Of a stretch of DNA of 54,100 bases, positions 36,815 through 49,173 are shown one piece after another (within the stretch, counting starts at the first letter, position 1; every line of letters starts with the position of its first letter). Source of the DNA: Perkinsus chesapeaki ATCC PRA-425 (taxonomy: Eukaryota; Protista; Perkinsozoa); the NCBI GenBank assembly GCA_013115145.1, contig JAAPAO010000198.1, forward strand, positions 1-54,100. The letters run 5' to 3'. The notes under the pieces are model-generated. The model made no database searches. It was given only the letters and a program-made list of their open reading frames with translations, and was not told where the DNA came from. Both the position numbers and the translations under genes were made by a program.

Positions 36815-37940
36815 TTAAATACGGCAACAATGCGGCAATAATAATAAAAACAAACTGAAAAAAATAATGGGCGCTTTACGAGAGTCTCTGAATCAACCTC
36901 GAAGGAATCTTGGGAAAGATACGCTAGCCATCGTCCCGCTGTCAACAGGAATGTACTTCTGCGCTCCAGCTCGTGAAACTAAATGAGATTACACGGCATG
37001 TATGTGCATTATATAAAGAGGGATGTTGCAGGCATGGACAGGTACGAGATGGGATATCTGTACTTACGAGACGAGATAAGAATGAAAAAACTTGTATCGT
37101 GGCGCGCGGGAATATAGATCCGGGTTCGATCCCGGCACCTGACAAGTAAACGGCTTTGCTGTAAGTCTCGATTGTCACAACTTAACACTTCATCTTATTC
37201 CGATCCGGTCAGGCTAGAGTACGTTATATGAAAAGGTGATGCTTGTGTATAACAAGGCTTCATAGTCTCGCCTGGGATACGTAAGGATCTATTATAACGT
37301 CATCGACGGCTATCACACCTTGGGTGTGTACCTGGCAAGGAGTGGGCCGGTCTGTCGGTAGACCGATTTCCGTGCCAGGCACCAACCGCCTCCCCGTCAT
37401 CAGGCCGGTATGAGGGCACTATCTTCAAGTCGCTATGACTATTAAGCTGACGCCCAAGGGGTTTAAGGGCTTTAAAACCCGAAAACCCGACTATTAAGCG
37501 TCGTGACGGGTGTGCCTATGAAAACCCGTCGCTGCCTGCTGCGGAAAGTTTTTGATGTCCGATACTTTGAGCGTGTTCTTTGTCGTCAAATGTGAACTTA
37601 TAAAACACAAGGCCGTGAACGAGTATGAAACGAAGCTGAGGGATAATAGAGAATAGCTACAGTAGTTTAGAGAGACTTCATAACTGACAAGGACTATGTA
37701 TAATGCTACACACACCGGCTTGAGCAAACCACCGGCTCATTACGTGGATTATGGCTATAGCGGTTACAAAGACAAGAACTAAAATGATAACATAGATGCG
37801 CGGATAAGTAGCGCTGATGGACTCCAGCTACACGAACAACTTCCAAATGCAGGCAGCTGTGAAGTAGTTCGAAAAAAAGTTACTAAATGCTTGTAGAGAT
37901 ACTAGAGATAAGATTATACAGCACCTTTCGTGGACAACTA

Positions 37941-38300
37941 CTACTTCAAGCGTTTACAGTCCGCGCCGAAAAGGGTGATATCTTCACAGCCATGTCCGAA
38001 ACCCCACCATTCACTAGGGTCCAAGCCAACGTCGTTGCATACTCTCACCAGCTCTTTGTTCGCTCTGTCGAAGTCTAATGTAAACTTAGGCGACGGGCCT
38101 TGATGGTACTTAACATTAAGAGCAGTGTGGCGCACTGTGAAGGGATTCTTCTCAATCGAGATATTGGCGACCCCGAAGGTCCTCTTCGGTTGATCAGCGT
38201 CTATTTCCAGGTAGAAGAAGTATTCTCCGTTAAATCCAGCGTATTTGCCGGTCATGGGCATGCAGCAGCCATTCATTTGAATCACCACAATAAGGACCAT
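37941..38300 (-). CDS. Small putative secreted/membrane-anchored protein, copy 1 (start may lie further upstream)
   Basis: Hydrophobic MVLIVVIQMNGCC followed by MTGKYAG... and a beta-rich ~110-aa domain. Substitutions relative to copy 2 preserve this frame. Confidence 0.65.
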   Translation of the reverse strand: MVLIVVIQMNGCCMPMTGKYAGFNGEYFFYLEIDADQPKRTFGVANISIEKNPFTVRHTALNVKYHQGPSPKFTLDFDRANKELVRVCNDVGLDPSEWWGFGHGCEDITLFGADCKRLK

Positions 38301-39700
38301 AGCAGTGGCGCAGTATCCGATAAGCAAACGTTTGAACCGGGAAGAGTGTACCAACGACCTGTTGGAGAAACCACTCGTGTCGGGATAAGCGGTGCTCGGG
38401 AGGCTCATAGAGACAGATTGCATATAGACTGCTGTTGGAAGGTCAAGGGGGATGGTTGGAAGCCAGCTGCTACAGCTGAGCTGTACGTGTGCAACTTCTG
38501 CGACAGATGGGATCGCTAAACCACCAACCAATGCCGCAGCGTCCGCATGAGTCGAAGTTAGGGATCATATGGGTTGCGGTCAGTAAGAGCTAGAAATCAT
38601 TCGATCCCAAGCACTGACACCTTACAATGCTATACAACCAACCACTAAAATGGCCGAAAATAGACCGTAGGAAAGAGAATTGGTTGAACACATACATAGC
38701 TAAATGAGAAAACGGGGATGCGTGGGACCTTCTGTTGATTCTGATGAGAAAGTTCTCGGTGGGTCTCTGAATGGAAGTGTGAGACATCGCAGCTTTTGGT
38801 CCTCGCAGTAAGATACTACAAGCCGACAGGAGTGGAGCTGCTCCTAAACCTCTGAGCGCTTAGAGCATCCAAGTATGGTAAGGCATAATCCCTAGTGTAC
38901 GTTTTTTGGGTGACGCGAATCAAGATACCGACAAGGCATGGCAGAGATTTATTGAGGTGACAGCAGATTCAATGTTTCCATAGTTATCCGAAACTGACGA
39001 CATGTTCGAGACTCTGCTCTGCTCTCAAGGGCCTCAAAATGGGCCTTAGCCTTGGCCTTTTGCCTGTGTTATGCCAGACTAGCAGCATGCCGTTGGTCGA
39101 CGCCATTACAGTGACGCCGATTGTGCACACCCAGAGGGTCCAGAGATAAAAAAAATTCTCAAAAGGGAACTAGTTTTCGTTGAGTTTCCTCTTGGTGAAG
39201 CTACCGAGAGCTATCAAAAGCGTCATTCAACCTATGACGCACTTAAGCTGTCACGATCACCGTGTTCAACAGGTCCTTAAGCAAATGGTATCAGCGGCCC
39301 CACTAGTAACACGACTCGTAAGATGCAAGCGAGATCAACAAAAGGCTCTTATTAGTGAGTGGAGCCAAAGCGCACTGGGTTCCCGCGGCAGTAGCATAGC
39401 TATCAGTCGCGATCGCCCAAATGGTGGCGCGTGCTACAAGTATGGGCACAGATATTGACTAATATAGGGTGGAAATATTATGATCGACCTAGATAACAAA
39501 GGTCCCATTTGATGCCATAACGGCTTCAGAGACAAGATTTAAAAGGATAACATATATGCACGGATAAGGGGGCTGATATACTCTAGCTACACGAACAACC
39601 TCCGAATGCAGGCAGGAAAAACTTTAAGAAGATGGTTACCAAATACCAAATTGTAGAGGCATTAGAGCTGGTACTACGTGGAGCTCTCCGCCGAGAATAA

Positions 39701-40060
39701 CTACCTCAAGCGAGTACAATGCGCACCGAAAAGGGTGATCTCGTCACAGTCATGTCCGAAACCCCACCATTCATTAGGGTCCAAGCCAACCTCCTCGCAT
39801 AGTCTCACCAGCTCTTTGTTCGCTCTGTCGAAGTCTAATGTGAACTTAGGCGACGGGCCTTGATGGTACTTAACATTAAGAGCAGTGTGGGGCACTGTGA
39901 ATGGATTCTTCTCAATCGAGATGTTGGCGACCCCATCGGTCCTCGTCGGTTGACTAGCGAGTATGTCCAGGTAGAAGAAGTATTCTCCGTTAAATCCAGC
40001 GTGTTGACCGGTCATGGGCATGCAGCAACCATTCATTTGGAAGGCGACAATAAGGACCAT
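39701..40060 (-). CDS. Small putative secreted/membrane-anchored protein, copy 2
   Basis: Paralogue of 37941-38300 with the same length and frame. Confidence 0.65.
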   Translation of the reverse strand: MVLIVAFQMNGCCMPMTGQHAGFNGEYFFYLDILASQPTRTDGVANISIEKNPFTVPHTALNVKYHQGPSPKFTLDFDRANKELVRLCEEVGLDPNEWWGFGHDCDEITLFGAHCTRLR

Positions 40061-41199
40061 AACAATGGCGCCGTATCCGATAAGCAAACGTTTGAACCGG
40101 GAAGAGTGTACCAACGACCTGTTGGAGAAACCACTCGTATCGGGATAACCGGTGCTCGGGAGGCTCATAGAGACAGATTGCAAATAGACTGCTGTTGGAA
40201 GGTCAAGGGGGATGGAAGCCAGCTGTACGTGTGCAAGCTCTGGGACAAGTGGCATCGCTAAGCAATCAATGTTACAGGGTCCACATGTGTCGAAGTTGGG
40301 GATCATATGGGTTGCGGATGATGCGTTGCACATGGGCTCGTCAGTAAGAGCTAGAAGTCTCACAATCCCGAGCAGTTACGTCTTCCAAAGCTTTGCAATC
40401 GACCATTAGAATGATCGAAAACAGCTCGTAGAAAAGAGAAGTGGGCTGACAGCTAAATGAGAAAACTGAAATGCGTTGATCCTGAGAACTCCGGTTGGTG
40501 CTCATGAGAAAGTTCTCGGCAGCTCCCCGAATGGAAGTGCTAGGTCCTCGCAGTAGGAGAATAGAAGCCGACAGGAGTGGAGCTGCTTATAAGCTTCTGA
40601 CCGCACAGAGCATCCAAGTATGATAAACGGGGCTCATTAAGCCCTTTGTGAGCTCCTTGGGTGACGCGAATCGAGATACCGACAAGGCACCGCAGCGTTC
40701 TGTTGAGGTAACAGCACATTCATTTCTATCATTGTTATCCCAACAGACGACATATTTGATACTCTGCTCTCGAGGGCCTTACAAGGAGGCTCGACCTTGC
40801 CTCTCGCCTGTGTTATGCCAGACTAACAGGCTGCCACTGGTCTGGCGTCGAGTGGGCGCCCTGGGAGACAGTGATAAAGAAGTGAGAAGGAGCGCAATTG
40901 TGACTGAATTGCTCCTTAGGGAAGGGGAGAAAACTCTGCAAACATCCGTCTAGCCTTAAAGCATTGATAGTCAATTTCGAGCCCTCGCTTCGCTTGGAGG
41001 TTGGAGCTTCTGATGTTGCAGACTGGCGCACCCACTGGATGCCACACGCCAGTTTGTCCTCATTTGGTGCTTGTCTTCCACCTCCTATTACGCACTGATT
41101 CCGGAAGCATACTCATTTGCGGTAGGCCGTGACAAGATTCGTCATAGCAAGCTGTGTGGTTCTCAACAGTCTTAGCTTGTTCAACAAGCTTTGTTGAAC

Positions 41200-43762
41200 T
41201 CACGACACGCTGCATCGTAGTAGACCCCATGTCACCAGTGACATTTCCGAGGGTACTGTATTGATGTCTTTGGCCTAGCCAGGCGCTCACACTCCGTCAC
41301 TCGCACTTCGCACCATATAAGTATAGCGATTGAGTAGCATGTGAAACTCAGCCACTTCCTGGTCGATGCCAACCTCAGCCCACACTCTAATCTGTATTCT
41401 TAATTCAGCTTTGTATTTCATTTATCAAAATCAACCAGGAGGTAACAGTAGGGGTCAAACGCAGCAGTGCATGGAGCTGTGAATGGTCCTGGGCCAGGAC
41501 TCCTGGCTCACGAACAGGGTGGTGCTCAGGGTCGACTGGCACTGAAGTGGTTGAATGACTGTGAGCGTTCCCAGACCAGTCCGAAACAAAAAGAAGTGAT
41601 TCCAGTTTCAAGACCGAATACTGAACGAGACACAAGGTTCACTTAACGGCTCTGGGTGGCACTGAGTGGATTTTCTGGCATGGAGAGCTCGACACGCATT
41701 GAACACTTCTCCACCATCGGGGCAGGTTCGACAAGTTGCTGATGATGCGACGTATCCAGTTCGATTGACTCTGCAAGGTTCTTAAGAAGCCGGTAATGCT
41801 CTACCCTGTAAATATGAGAATGATAAGGATTTGGGGACTCTACGAATCTTACCACATTTCAAGCCACTTTTTCGGCATCATTATGTCCTGGCGAGGAGCA
41901 CCGACCTCCCTTGCCCACTTCAGCGTGCTCAGAATGTCTTGAACTCGCTCTTCTGTCGACAGCAAATCGGAGAGTGCCTTCTCACTGTGGAACTGAGACA
42001 CTATTTGTAAAGGCGACAAGTGCTTCAACAGTGACCATCAGTTTCTGCATCGCATGGCCATGAACAGTCTTAATCCTGGTATCGACAGATACAGCACTCT
42101 CCCGTTCCAGCTGGGAGATCAAACTGTCAATCTCGTAGAGGAGTGACAGCAATAATTCCCTGAACCGCGTCGTTGGCCAGGCGGATCCGAAATCGGAAAC
42201 ACTTCTCACTTTATTGCCCCGCTGGCATCACTCTTGTTCGAGTCCGCTGCAACAGCTTGTCCGTAGGCAGCAACTGTATAAAGGCTTGACGACAAACCTT
42301 GGCTTGACCCAATGGCTCACAAAGTGGTTGAAGGCGCGATTCATCAGTATTAATTGGATATTGCTCGCTCCGTGCTGTATCACTGATGGCGATCTTCAGC
42401 TACATGCGCGGGTCTTATCCAGAGAGTATCGGACAGTCTCACCGACCTTCGTGTCCCACCAGGCCGCACCTGGGGTTTCCTCTCTATCGTCTATAAGATA
42501 ACAACTCCCTTTGGCCATGCCGGGTCTCTCATTTATTGGAACTCTTATATGCCTTTGACGTATAATAAGGCTAGACTCAACAACGTGCTTCCGCAACTCG
42601 GCATCTGGGAGGGGACAACCGTGTCATCAGTTAGCAACAGAGGAGAGCCGAGAACTTCATTTATACGGAAAAGACTTCTACGGCTCAACGAATCAATTGT
42701 ACTTCGCATCTTTTCATCGGGATCCCCCAGTTTCTCTTGCTCATGCAGTTGATAGTCACATTGCTTGCACAACTTCGCTCGGTCATTAGTGCACCACAAT
42801 GTGGCGCAATTGGTCCCGCACAAGTCACAAGGCAAGCCCTGTAGCAGCGCTCCCGCTGGTCGACCTATGGTTCGGATGAATGGATGAAGCCAGCTAGACG
42901 TACCGTCGAAATTGTGCCCCGCGGTTGATCCAGACTCGAGCGAAGAGGATACTTGAACCTGGTTGGCGGATGCGAATCACACCTAGTTTGTTGGGTTAAC
43001 TCTAACAACGTATATCGGTAGGAGCTGTGACTGGGCATCTCTAATAAGGTAGCGATGGCTGAAGAAAGATGTACAAAGGAGCGGGTGGGCATCCATTCCC
43101 GGCAGCTTCTGAGTATTGGAGAGCAAGTAGGAGTCAAATTTGCCAGTAACAGCTGTAGCGTTTGAACGAGGACCATCATCGAGGACCTAAGCGATCTCGG
43201 TATCTTTGATCGCCTCATATCTACCCACTTTGTTCTGTCCAAGACGAACACGACATAAAACGATCTCGAAGAAGTCGATGCCGGAACGCCTCGTCAGAGC
43301 TTGAGGGGAGGGAAGGTGTCGATTGCCGAGGTGTAGTTCAAAGGCACGGATCTGACATCCTTTGCAGTCAGGCATGCTGAATAAAGTGCTACCCCAGCGA
43401 ATCCATGCTGTGCCACGCGTCGAATTGGGACTCTGGGAGGGAGCTCGCTAGCCTCAATAGCTACTGTGAAGGAGCTCTCGCGTGCCTCAGCACTAACGCG
43501 TGAAAGTGATGCGTCGAATGCGCGGTTGAGTTCAGGATGTTCGACTGCCCACAAGCTGCTCAGTCGCACACTGAAAACGTTATAAGGTTCCTGGGAGAGC
43601 CAGACAGTGCTTCGGACCTCGGGCTGGATCGATAGATGCACTGAACGGCCCACTCCACAGCCCCCCATTCGTGCAGGTTTTCGCTGCGGCGAATTGGTCG
43701 ACAAGTGGATGACACGTACCCAACATCAGAAGGAGCGAGTCCCTTGAGCGAGGAATTGTCAT
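41200..43762 (-). CDS. B-box zinc-finger protein with N-terminal PARP/ART-like domain and C-terminal helical region (3' end approximate)
   Basis: Model MTIPRSRDSLLLML|VHLSIQ...LSSLWAVEHPELNRAFD...HGFA|...FEIVLCRVRLG...|...KFDSYLL...SHRYLIRDAQSQLLPIYVVR|...PCDLCGTNCATLWCTNDRAKLCKQCDYQLH. The B-box pattern is clear. The ART-like call rests on the LCRVxLG, DS and YxI.D..Q.LP.Y.V pattern. Confidence 0.7.
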
Positions 43763-43877
43763 GCGACTGTGCCAGAGTGCTCATCAACAAAAAGGCCTGC
43801 CCGTGGAGGGGTGCTATTTGATAACCATGCTCCAGGTTTGACCGTGTGAATGGTAGTACCGAGTAACCCTGCCACGT

Positions 43878-45216
43878 TTAGGATTTCTCTTTCTCACGAT
43901 TATCAGAATTCATTGGTTTCAGCTTGCTCGGTAATTCTACAGCGAAAAGCAGTTCCGTCGAAAGGGCAGCTGTGGCACCTTCATTTGTGGTTAAGCACTT
44001 GTCTACGGATAAACGGTTACTCGCCGATCGAAGTGTGGTTCCCTCGCCGTATCGTACTGACACCTCATACGATGATCCCATTGCTATGTGTTGTTGCCGT
44101 GGGAAGGATCTGTCACAGTGGCTCCATCTGCAGTCACAAGTAAAGTGTGAAGTTTCAGAAGCTTGAGTCTACACTAGCCGGACACGTGAAACTTCGTAAC
44201 CATTCTTTACAGTCTAACGCAACACCCTAGTGGATCAGCCAGCATCTTGTGCTGCACAAAGTTGCCCTAGGAACGGCCGCCCGGTCCACAGTGCCCAAAG
44301 GCATTCGATATCGTCGGCACTTGGCGAGATCGGGAGACCTGAGAATTTGTGGCTAAGGAATATGGGATGTGAATCCGATAAAAGTAAATACAACAAATAG
44401 TAAGAACACCGCATTCATAATGCAAAGGAAGGGTACACGAGCAAACTGCGATCATCTAGACGGCCACGCCTCGACCATAAATGCAGCACTTAGTCGTCAG
44501 AGTGCATTGCCGATGGCCATAGAGTTACTGGAAAACACAGGAGATTCCAAGGAGCCCTCACCGAGTAGCTGATCCTCCTTCCACTGGACATCGGCCTCAA
44601 CACTGTCGATTATCTCATTTACGCGCACCTTACAGAAATGTACACGGGACCAGAACTCTACCAGTGCTACCCATGACTTAGGCTTGGGTAACTGCACCGC
44701 ACGACAGCACTCCCTCATTCGAGCCAGGTACGCCTTCTCCAACCTTAGCATCTCGTATATCGATGCCAGGCGCTCCTCATATCTGTACAAATACTGGGTC
44801 GACCAGTTCGAGAGGGTGCGGAGTAGCCCGGCAAGCGCAGTCACACCTAACGCTACCCTTCCCACGAGTTTTTCTGAGCTTGCAACCGAAGGTCGCATTC
44901 ATACCGATTCGCCGGACCGTCTGGCAATATCCACAGTAGTATGGTGAAGAAGACGTTTGGGAATGACAATAGTTTTACCGTGCTCGAAACACTTCAGAGG
45001 GAAGTAGGAGCTTCACGGCTCCTCTCAGTTTTCCAGAAGTGCTTCTGCTAAAATGACCTACTTTTCTCTCTCTGATGGAGAGGCACTGCCACCACCAGTG
45101 AACGTGTCCCGAATTGAAACAAGTTCCCCAGCCGTCATGGATTGATCAAGTTTGAGCACTTCATCTAGGAGCGATTCTAGGGTACTGCTGCCGACGGCCG
45201 CGTCAGGGAGTGCCAT
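43878..45216 (-). CDS. Hypothetical spliced protein
   Basis: Coding-like segments MALPDAAVGSSTLESLLDEVLKL..., YLYRYEERLASIYEMLRLEKAYLARMREC... and ...NREKEKS*. Junctions not fully resolved. Confidence 0.4.
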
Positions 45217-45641
45217 TCCAAGACCCGCAAGTCAACTCCTTAGGGTAAGCGTATAGATCCGGCGCATACCGCTCTCCCATATATTCTTGAATAGGTACAG
45301 TATAGCTTCCCAGATGCTTGGTGGAACTTAAACGCAAGAGCAGGCCTTAGCCGTCGTCACGCACATGCTATATCCACAACAACTACTAGTATAGCCAAGG
45401 AGATGAAAGCAGCGTCGCCTCGTTTACGGATGAACAGAAGAGCTTCAATAATAATAATATTGATGATACAAAACACAACACCACCACCGCCGCCAGCCTG
45501 CGAGACTCATAGGAGTCCATTAATTAAGTCTACAGCGGCGGCAGCGGCAGCGATAGCAGGCACGATAGTATAACAACTATCGAGCCCGCCAAAATTTATG
45601 TTACGAGTCGGTTTCCGATGATTGAACTTAACGAGACCAAG

Positions 45642-47449
45642 TCACCATCTCCCTCGGCTGTCCCGTCGCGCTGCAGTAGAGTGAGCCACACCGCCTCGGC
45701 CCTAAGACACATTCCCCGCTGTAATACAGCGCCACCATCACCTTCATCAGCCGGCCACCTCCATTCGCAAAGGTCTTCTGACAGATGGGAATGTGTCGCT
45801 TGGATGCCTCATCATGAAATGTTCTCCCACAGTGCGGGCACTTCACCATGTGTTGCCGCTCATGCTCCGCCTGTAACTCGGCAAATTTTTCAGCAGCCAG
45901 CTGACGCTCGAATGGATCGCTAGATCGGCACGAGGCAATCGCCGCCTACAACGGGCAGCTTCCCTTCCGCGAGTCTGCCCATTCTACTCTGAAAGCTTCG
46001 CTCTGTTGTTTCCACTTTGTCGGCTTGGGTCTCTGCGGCCCCTTTTTCTTCTCTTGCAGCGCCTTCCGTATCAGCTGTTCCTTGTTCTCAAACTCCTGCA
46101 AACGCGTCGCGACCGCATTGAACCTGCCAGCCCCAGTGCACAGGTTCGATCCCCGGCTGCGGCAGCTCACTCCCGTCTTTTCTCCTTAAACACCTTTCGG
46201 CAAACCTTCTCGTGCTTCTCCAACGAGTCTTCCTTAAAACTCTAACAAGCTTCATCCACTTTTCCCCAGCCCCAACTCAACTACCCTTCCGCACTGGTGG
46301 CACTTGACCATCCTCATCTGTTCCTCCGGGTACTCCCCAACTCCCGCCTCGCCGATGACAACCACGCCGCTTGAGACCTGCGGCGCGCTCCTCCTCCTGC
46401 TGGGCTTGTCATTCAACGATGAGGCGTCCTACAGCCAAGATGAGACCAGCAGAAACCCAGATCCTACCTGCTCTTCGGCGAAGCGATGCCGCTCTGGCTT
46501 ATAGTGGCGGATACTCGGACCTATCACAAAGCATCCACGAGAGAAATCCCGATGACTGACGCTACCCGAACTGTGGTGCTGTCGACGCAAAGAAACATGC
46601 TCGTCGACTTCGGGAGAGTACGCTGCACCCCTGCCACCTGCGAGATCATTACCCGCCCGCCGGTAATACCGCTCCTTCGGCGAATCATCGGCGTAGGTAT
46701 CCTTACTATACCTGCAGTACACCGTCTGTCAAATGAGGAACCAATTGACTACCCCGCGCGTCGGTTACCGCTGTACGGGCCACCGATGGTCCTACTGCCG
46801 GAAAAGATACCTCCAGCAGGGACGTCCCCCAGAGGACTGTGAATCCTGAGTTTGAGATAGAAGCGAAAGTCCCCCGAACACCTCGACCTTGCCATCTGAT
46901 TCCCAGGCGCAGTTGCGCTCATTTTGCTCTTCAACAGAGTCAGACTGGTCTTCAGTGTTTTAAGTTCACCTGTGGAGACCGAAGGACGCGCCCCGGAGCT
47001 AACCGCCGGAGGAGAAGGGCTCCCGCTAAACCTGCCCCACAGTACTTGGCAGATACGCCTAGCCCCACTACATTCGATGATCCGATGGTGAAGAGTAACG
47101 ATGGCGAGGCGGTTGGGATGTACTGCTATGATGCCTTCCACCCGAGTTCGATCCAAACGGCACCTACTTCTCCATCTGTAAAGACCTCCCCTCCCTGCTG
47201 CCGTACCTTCCTCGTGGTGACATACCGCCCCCCTTTGTCTGGACTAAAACTGCTATTACTACCACTTCGGCCACCCCCACCACCACCCTGCATCATCAGC
47301 TTAGCGGGGCTATTATACCCCCTCCCTCCGAGGTGCTGTCGAGTCGATGCCCCCGACGTCCAATCTTCGTGAGTAGCAACATACGTTGATCTAGTGGATG
47401 GCGTTATCTCCTCTCTAACGGCGGCAGCCACTCCCCTATAATAATCCAT
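45642..47449 (-). CDS. Zinc finger C2HC domain-containing protein (ZC2HC1/FAM164-like)
   Basis: Two C2HC fingers, VKCHQCGR|SFKEDSLEKHEKVC and VKCPHCGRTFHDEASKRHIPIC, with the intervening KWKQQSEAFR motif. Long low-complexity N-terminus. Ends GRGG...RGRW*. Confidence 0.85.
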
Positions 47450-47699
47450 AGGGCTCCGTTAAACTAGCGATCATTTAATTGAATTACTCAGCACAACAAC
47501 AACAACCGGCTGCTGACAACAACGTGTAGGATTGTGTAATGCGAGATTCATGTTAGCGGACGATATAGGTACTTGGAGGCTTTGGAGCGCAACTCGCCAT
47601 GGAGGGGCTTCAGTAACCTAAACCATCCCAACTATACAACTGAATTCAAACTAACTGAGTGCATCCCCAGCATACGCCTACGGGGTCGAACGGCCCCTA

Positions 47700-49173
47700 T
47701 CACTGATCAAGCAGTGCTGCAGAGGTGTCCTACTGGCTACCAAATTTACTGCACCAACCCAGTCAGAATAAAACTACCCCACCAGAAGCTCACTATCTAC
47801 CCAGCATCATCACTCTTACGTATCAAACGTCTCCCCATCAAGCGTAAAGACAGTGCAGCCCTGCCCCATGGCCTTCAATGTCGAAGTGCGCTTAAGGTCC
47901 CCGTTCAAAAGAGCTACTTCGCCAAAAATGCTGCCCGCTTCGGTATAGCGACGGAGCTCCTGCAACGCAAATGCTACTACTGTAGGGATCGTCGCCAAGG
48001 CTACTTTGCCATCTTTGTCAAAGGCAGCCGCCACGCCATCCTCTAGAATATAGAGACATTCTGCATCGTCCCCTTCATCACAGATGATCTCATCAGCATC
48101 AAACAGATCACGCTGGAGCTTGCCCGCCAACTCGGACTTTTCGTACCTAGTATAGATTCGCTCGGCCCCCTCCCCATATTATTAAAACCAATCTATTAAC
48201 GCCTTGCCGAGGGCAGCCTCTGCTGCAGATATGCGATCCTAATGTGCGATGGAATAACAAAAGTCCCCGTCTGGATAACTTCAGACGGATGTGAAAAGAT
48301 ACCGTACCAACTGCTTTGCACATATCGAAGAACATAATTAAAAAGCAATCGCACCTTACCTATTTAAGATACTAAATGCCGAGCAGGACTCAACAAAATC
48401 TTCATTCTCCTTCGGTGAGATCGCATCCGCAGTGCGCAGCATCATTCGGAAGCTGTCGGAATCGAGGCCCCAAAGCTGCATGGTCGCTAACAGTACGCGA
48501 CAGTAGCAGACCGCACTTACCTTAACTTCGCTGGTGGACGTCACCGTTGCCGCCCTCGGTGCATTATATAGCAAGGCCAGCTCTCCGAAGAGGCTGCCGG
48601 GCCCAAGGTCCATTACCTGAGCCTCATAATGGAGCAATCATAAGTACTGGACAGAACTTTGCCGCCCTTTCCAGCCTCGCTCGGGTCCCTCTTAACGAAG
48701 ACCTCTAAGGAGCCCTCCGACACAATGTAGCATGCATCTCCCACGTCTCCTTGGGCTATGACATCCGTGCCAGCAGGCACCACCTTTGGGTACTAACAGC
48801 AGCAGCGAGGTGTTATGAGATAGAAGCACTGATGATGCAACTCACCATTGCCATGATAACGTCATCAACGGCTTCTGGCTGGAGGTGCCCGAAAAAGACC
48901 TGAATTTCGAGGCGCGTGAATTACCCTACCGGAAAGGTGCTCGCTACCTGCAAACGTTGATTATTATTAATTATGTCTTTAAGCAGTTCCTTATCAGAAT
49001 CGTTCTTATCGAATACGGGTTTGGTCCAACTTTCGACGGTTGCTGTCGGGACGCTTTCAGCAGAAACCCCTGCCCTTCGAGACCGACCGGCCGCTGCCTA
49101 TCGAGAGGTAAGATGGGGTTGAATGGATACTTACCAGATCAGTGTTGCCTTGCTCTCGTGGCGTCAATGGCAT
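47700..49173 (-). CDS. PKAR: cAMP-dependent protein kinase regulatory subunit-like (two CNB domains); both ends approximate
   Basis: Inhibitor site RRAGVSAES, linker KPVFDKNDSDKELLKDII, CNB-A with FGELALLYNAPRAATV, CNB-B with FGEVALLNGDLKRTSTL. Confidence 0.85.

Larger units (their letters stand above)
37790..40850. repeat. Diverged tandem direct duplication: about 37790-39110 and about 39550-40850
   Basis: Long near-identical tracts (e.g. 38330-38450 vs 40070-40215) and conserved flanks (agctacacgaacaac..., gccgacaggagtggagctgct, gcctgtgttatgccagacta). Confidence 0.9.

Noticed and set aside
37118-37140. tRNA T-arm-like ccgggttcgatcccgg
   Set aside because: The loop is one base short and there is no D arm, anticodon arm or acceptor stem. 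A similar degenerate motif near 33249-33270 also fails.
38100-38519. + strand ORF conserved in both duplicate copies (also 39860-40261)
   Set aside because: Antisense shadow of the - strand gene. Its conservation is explained by the recent duplication.
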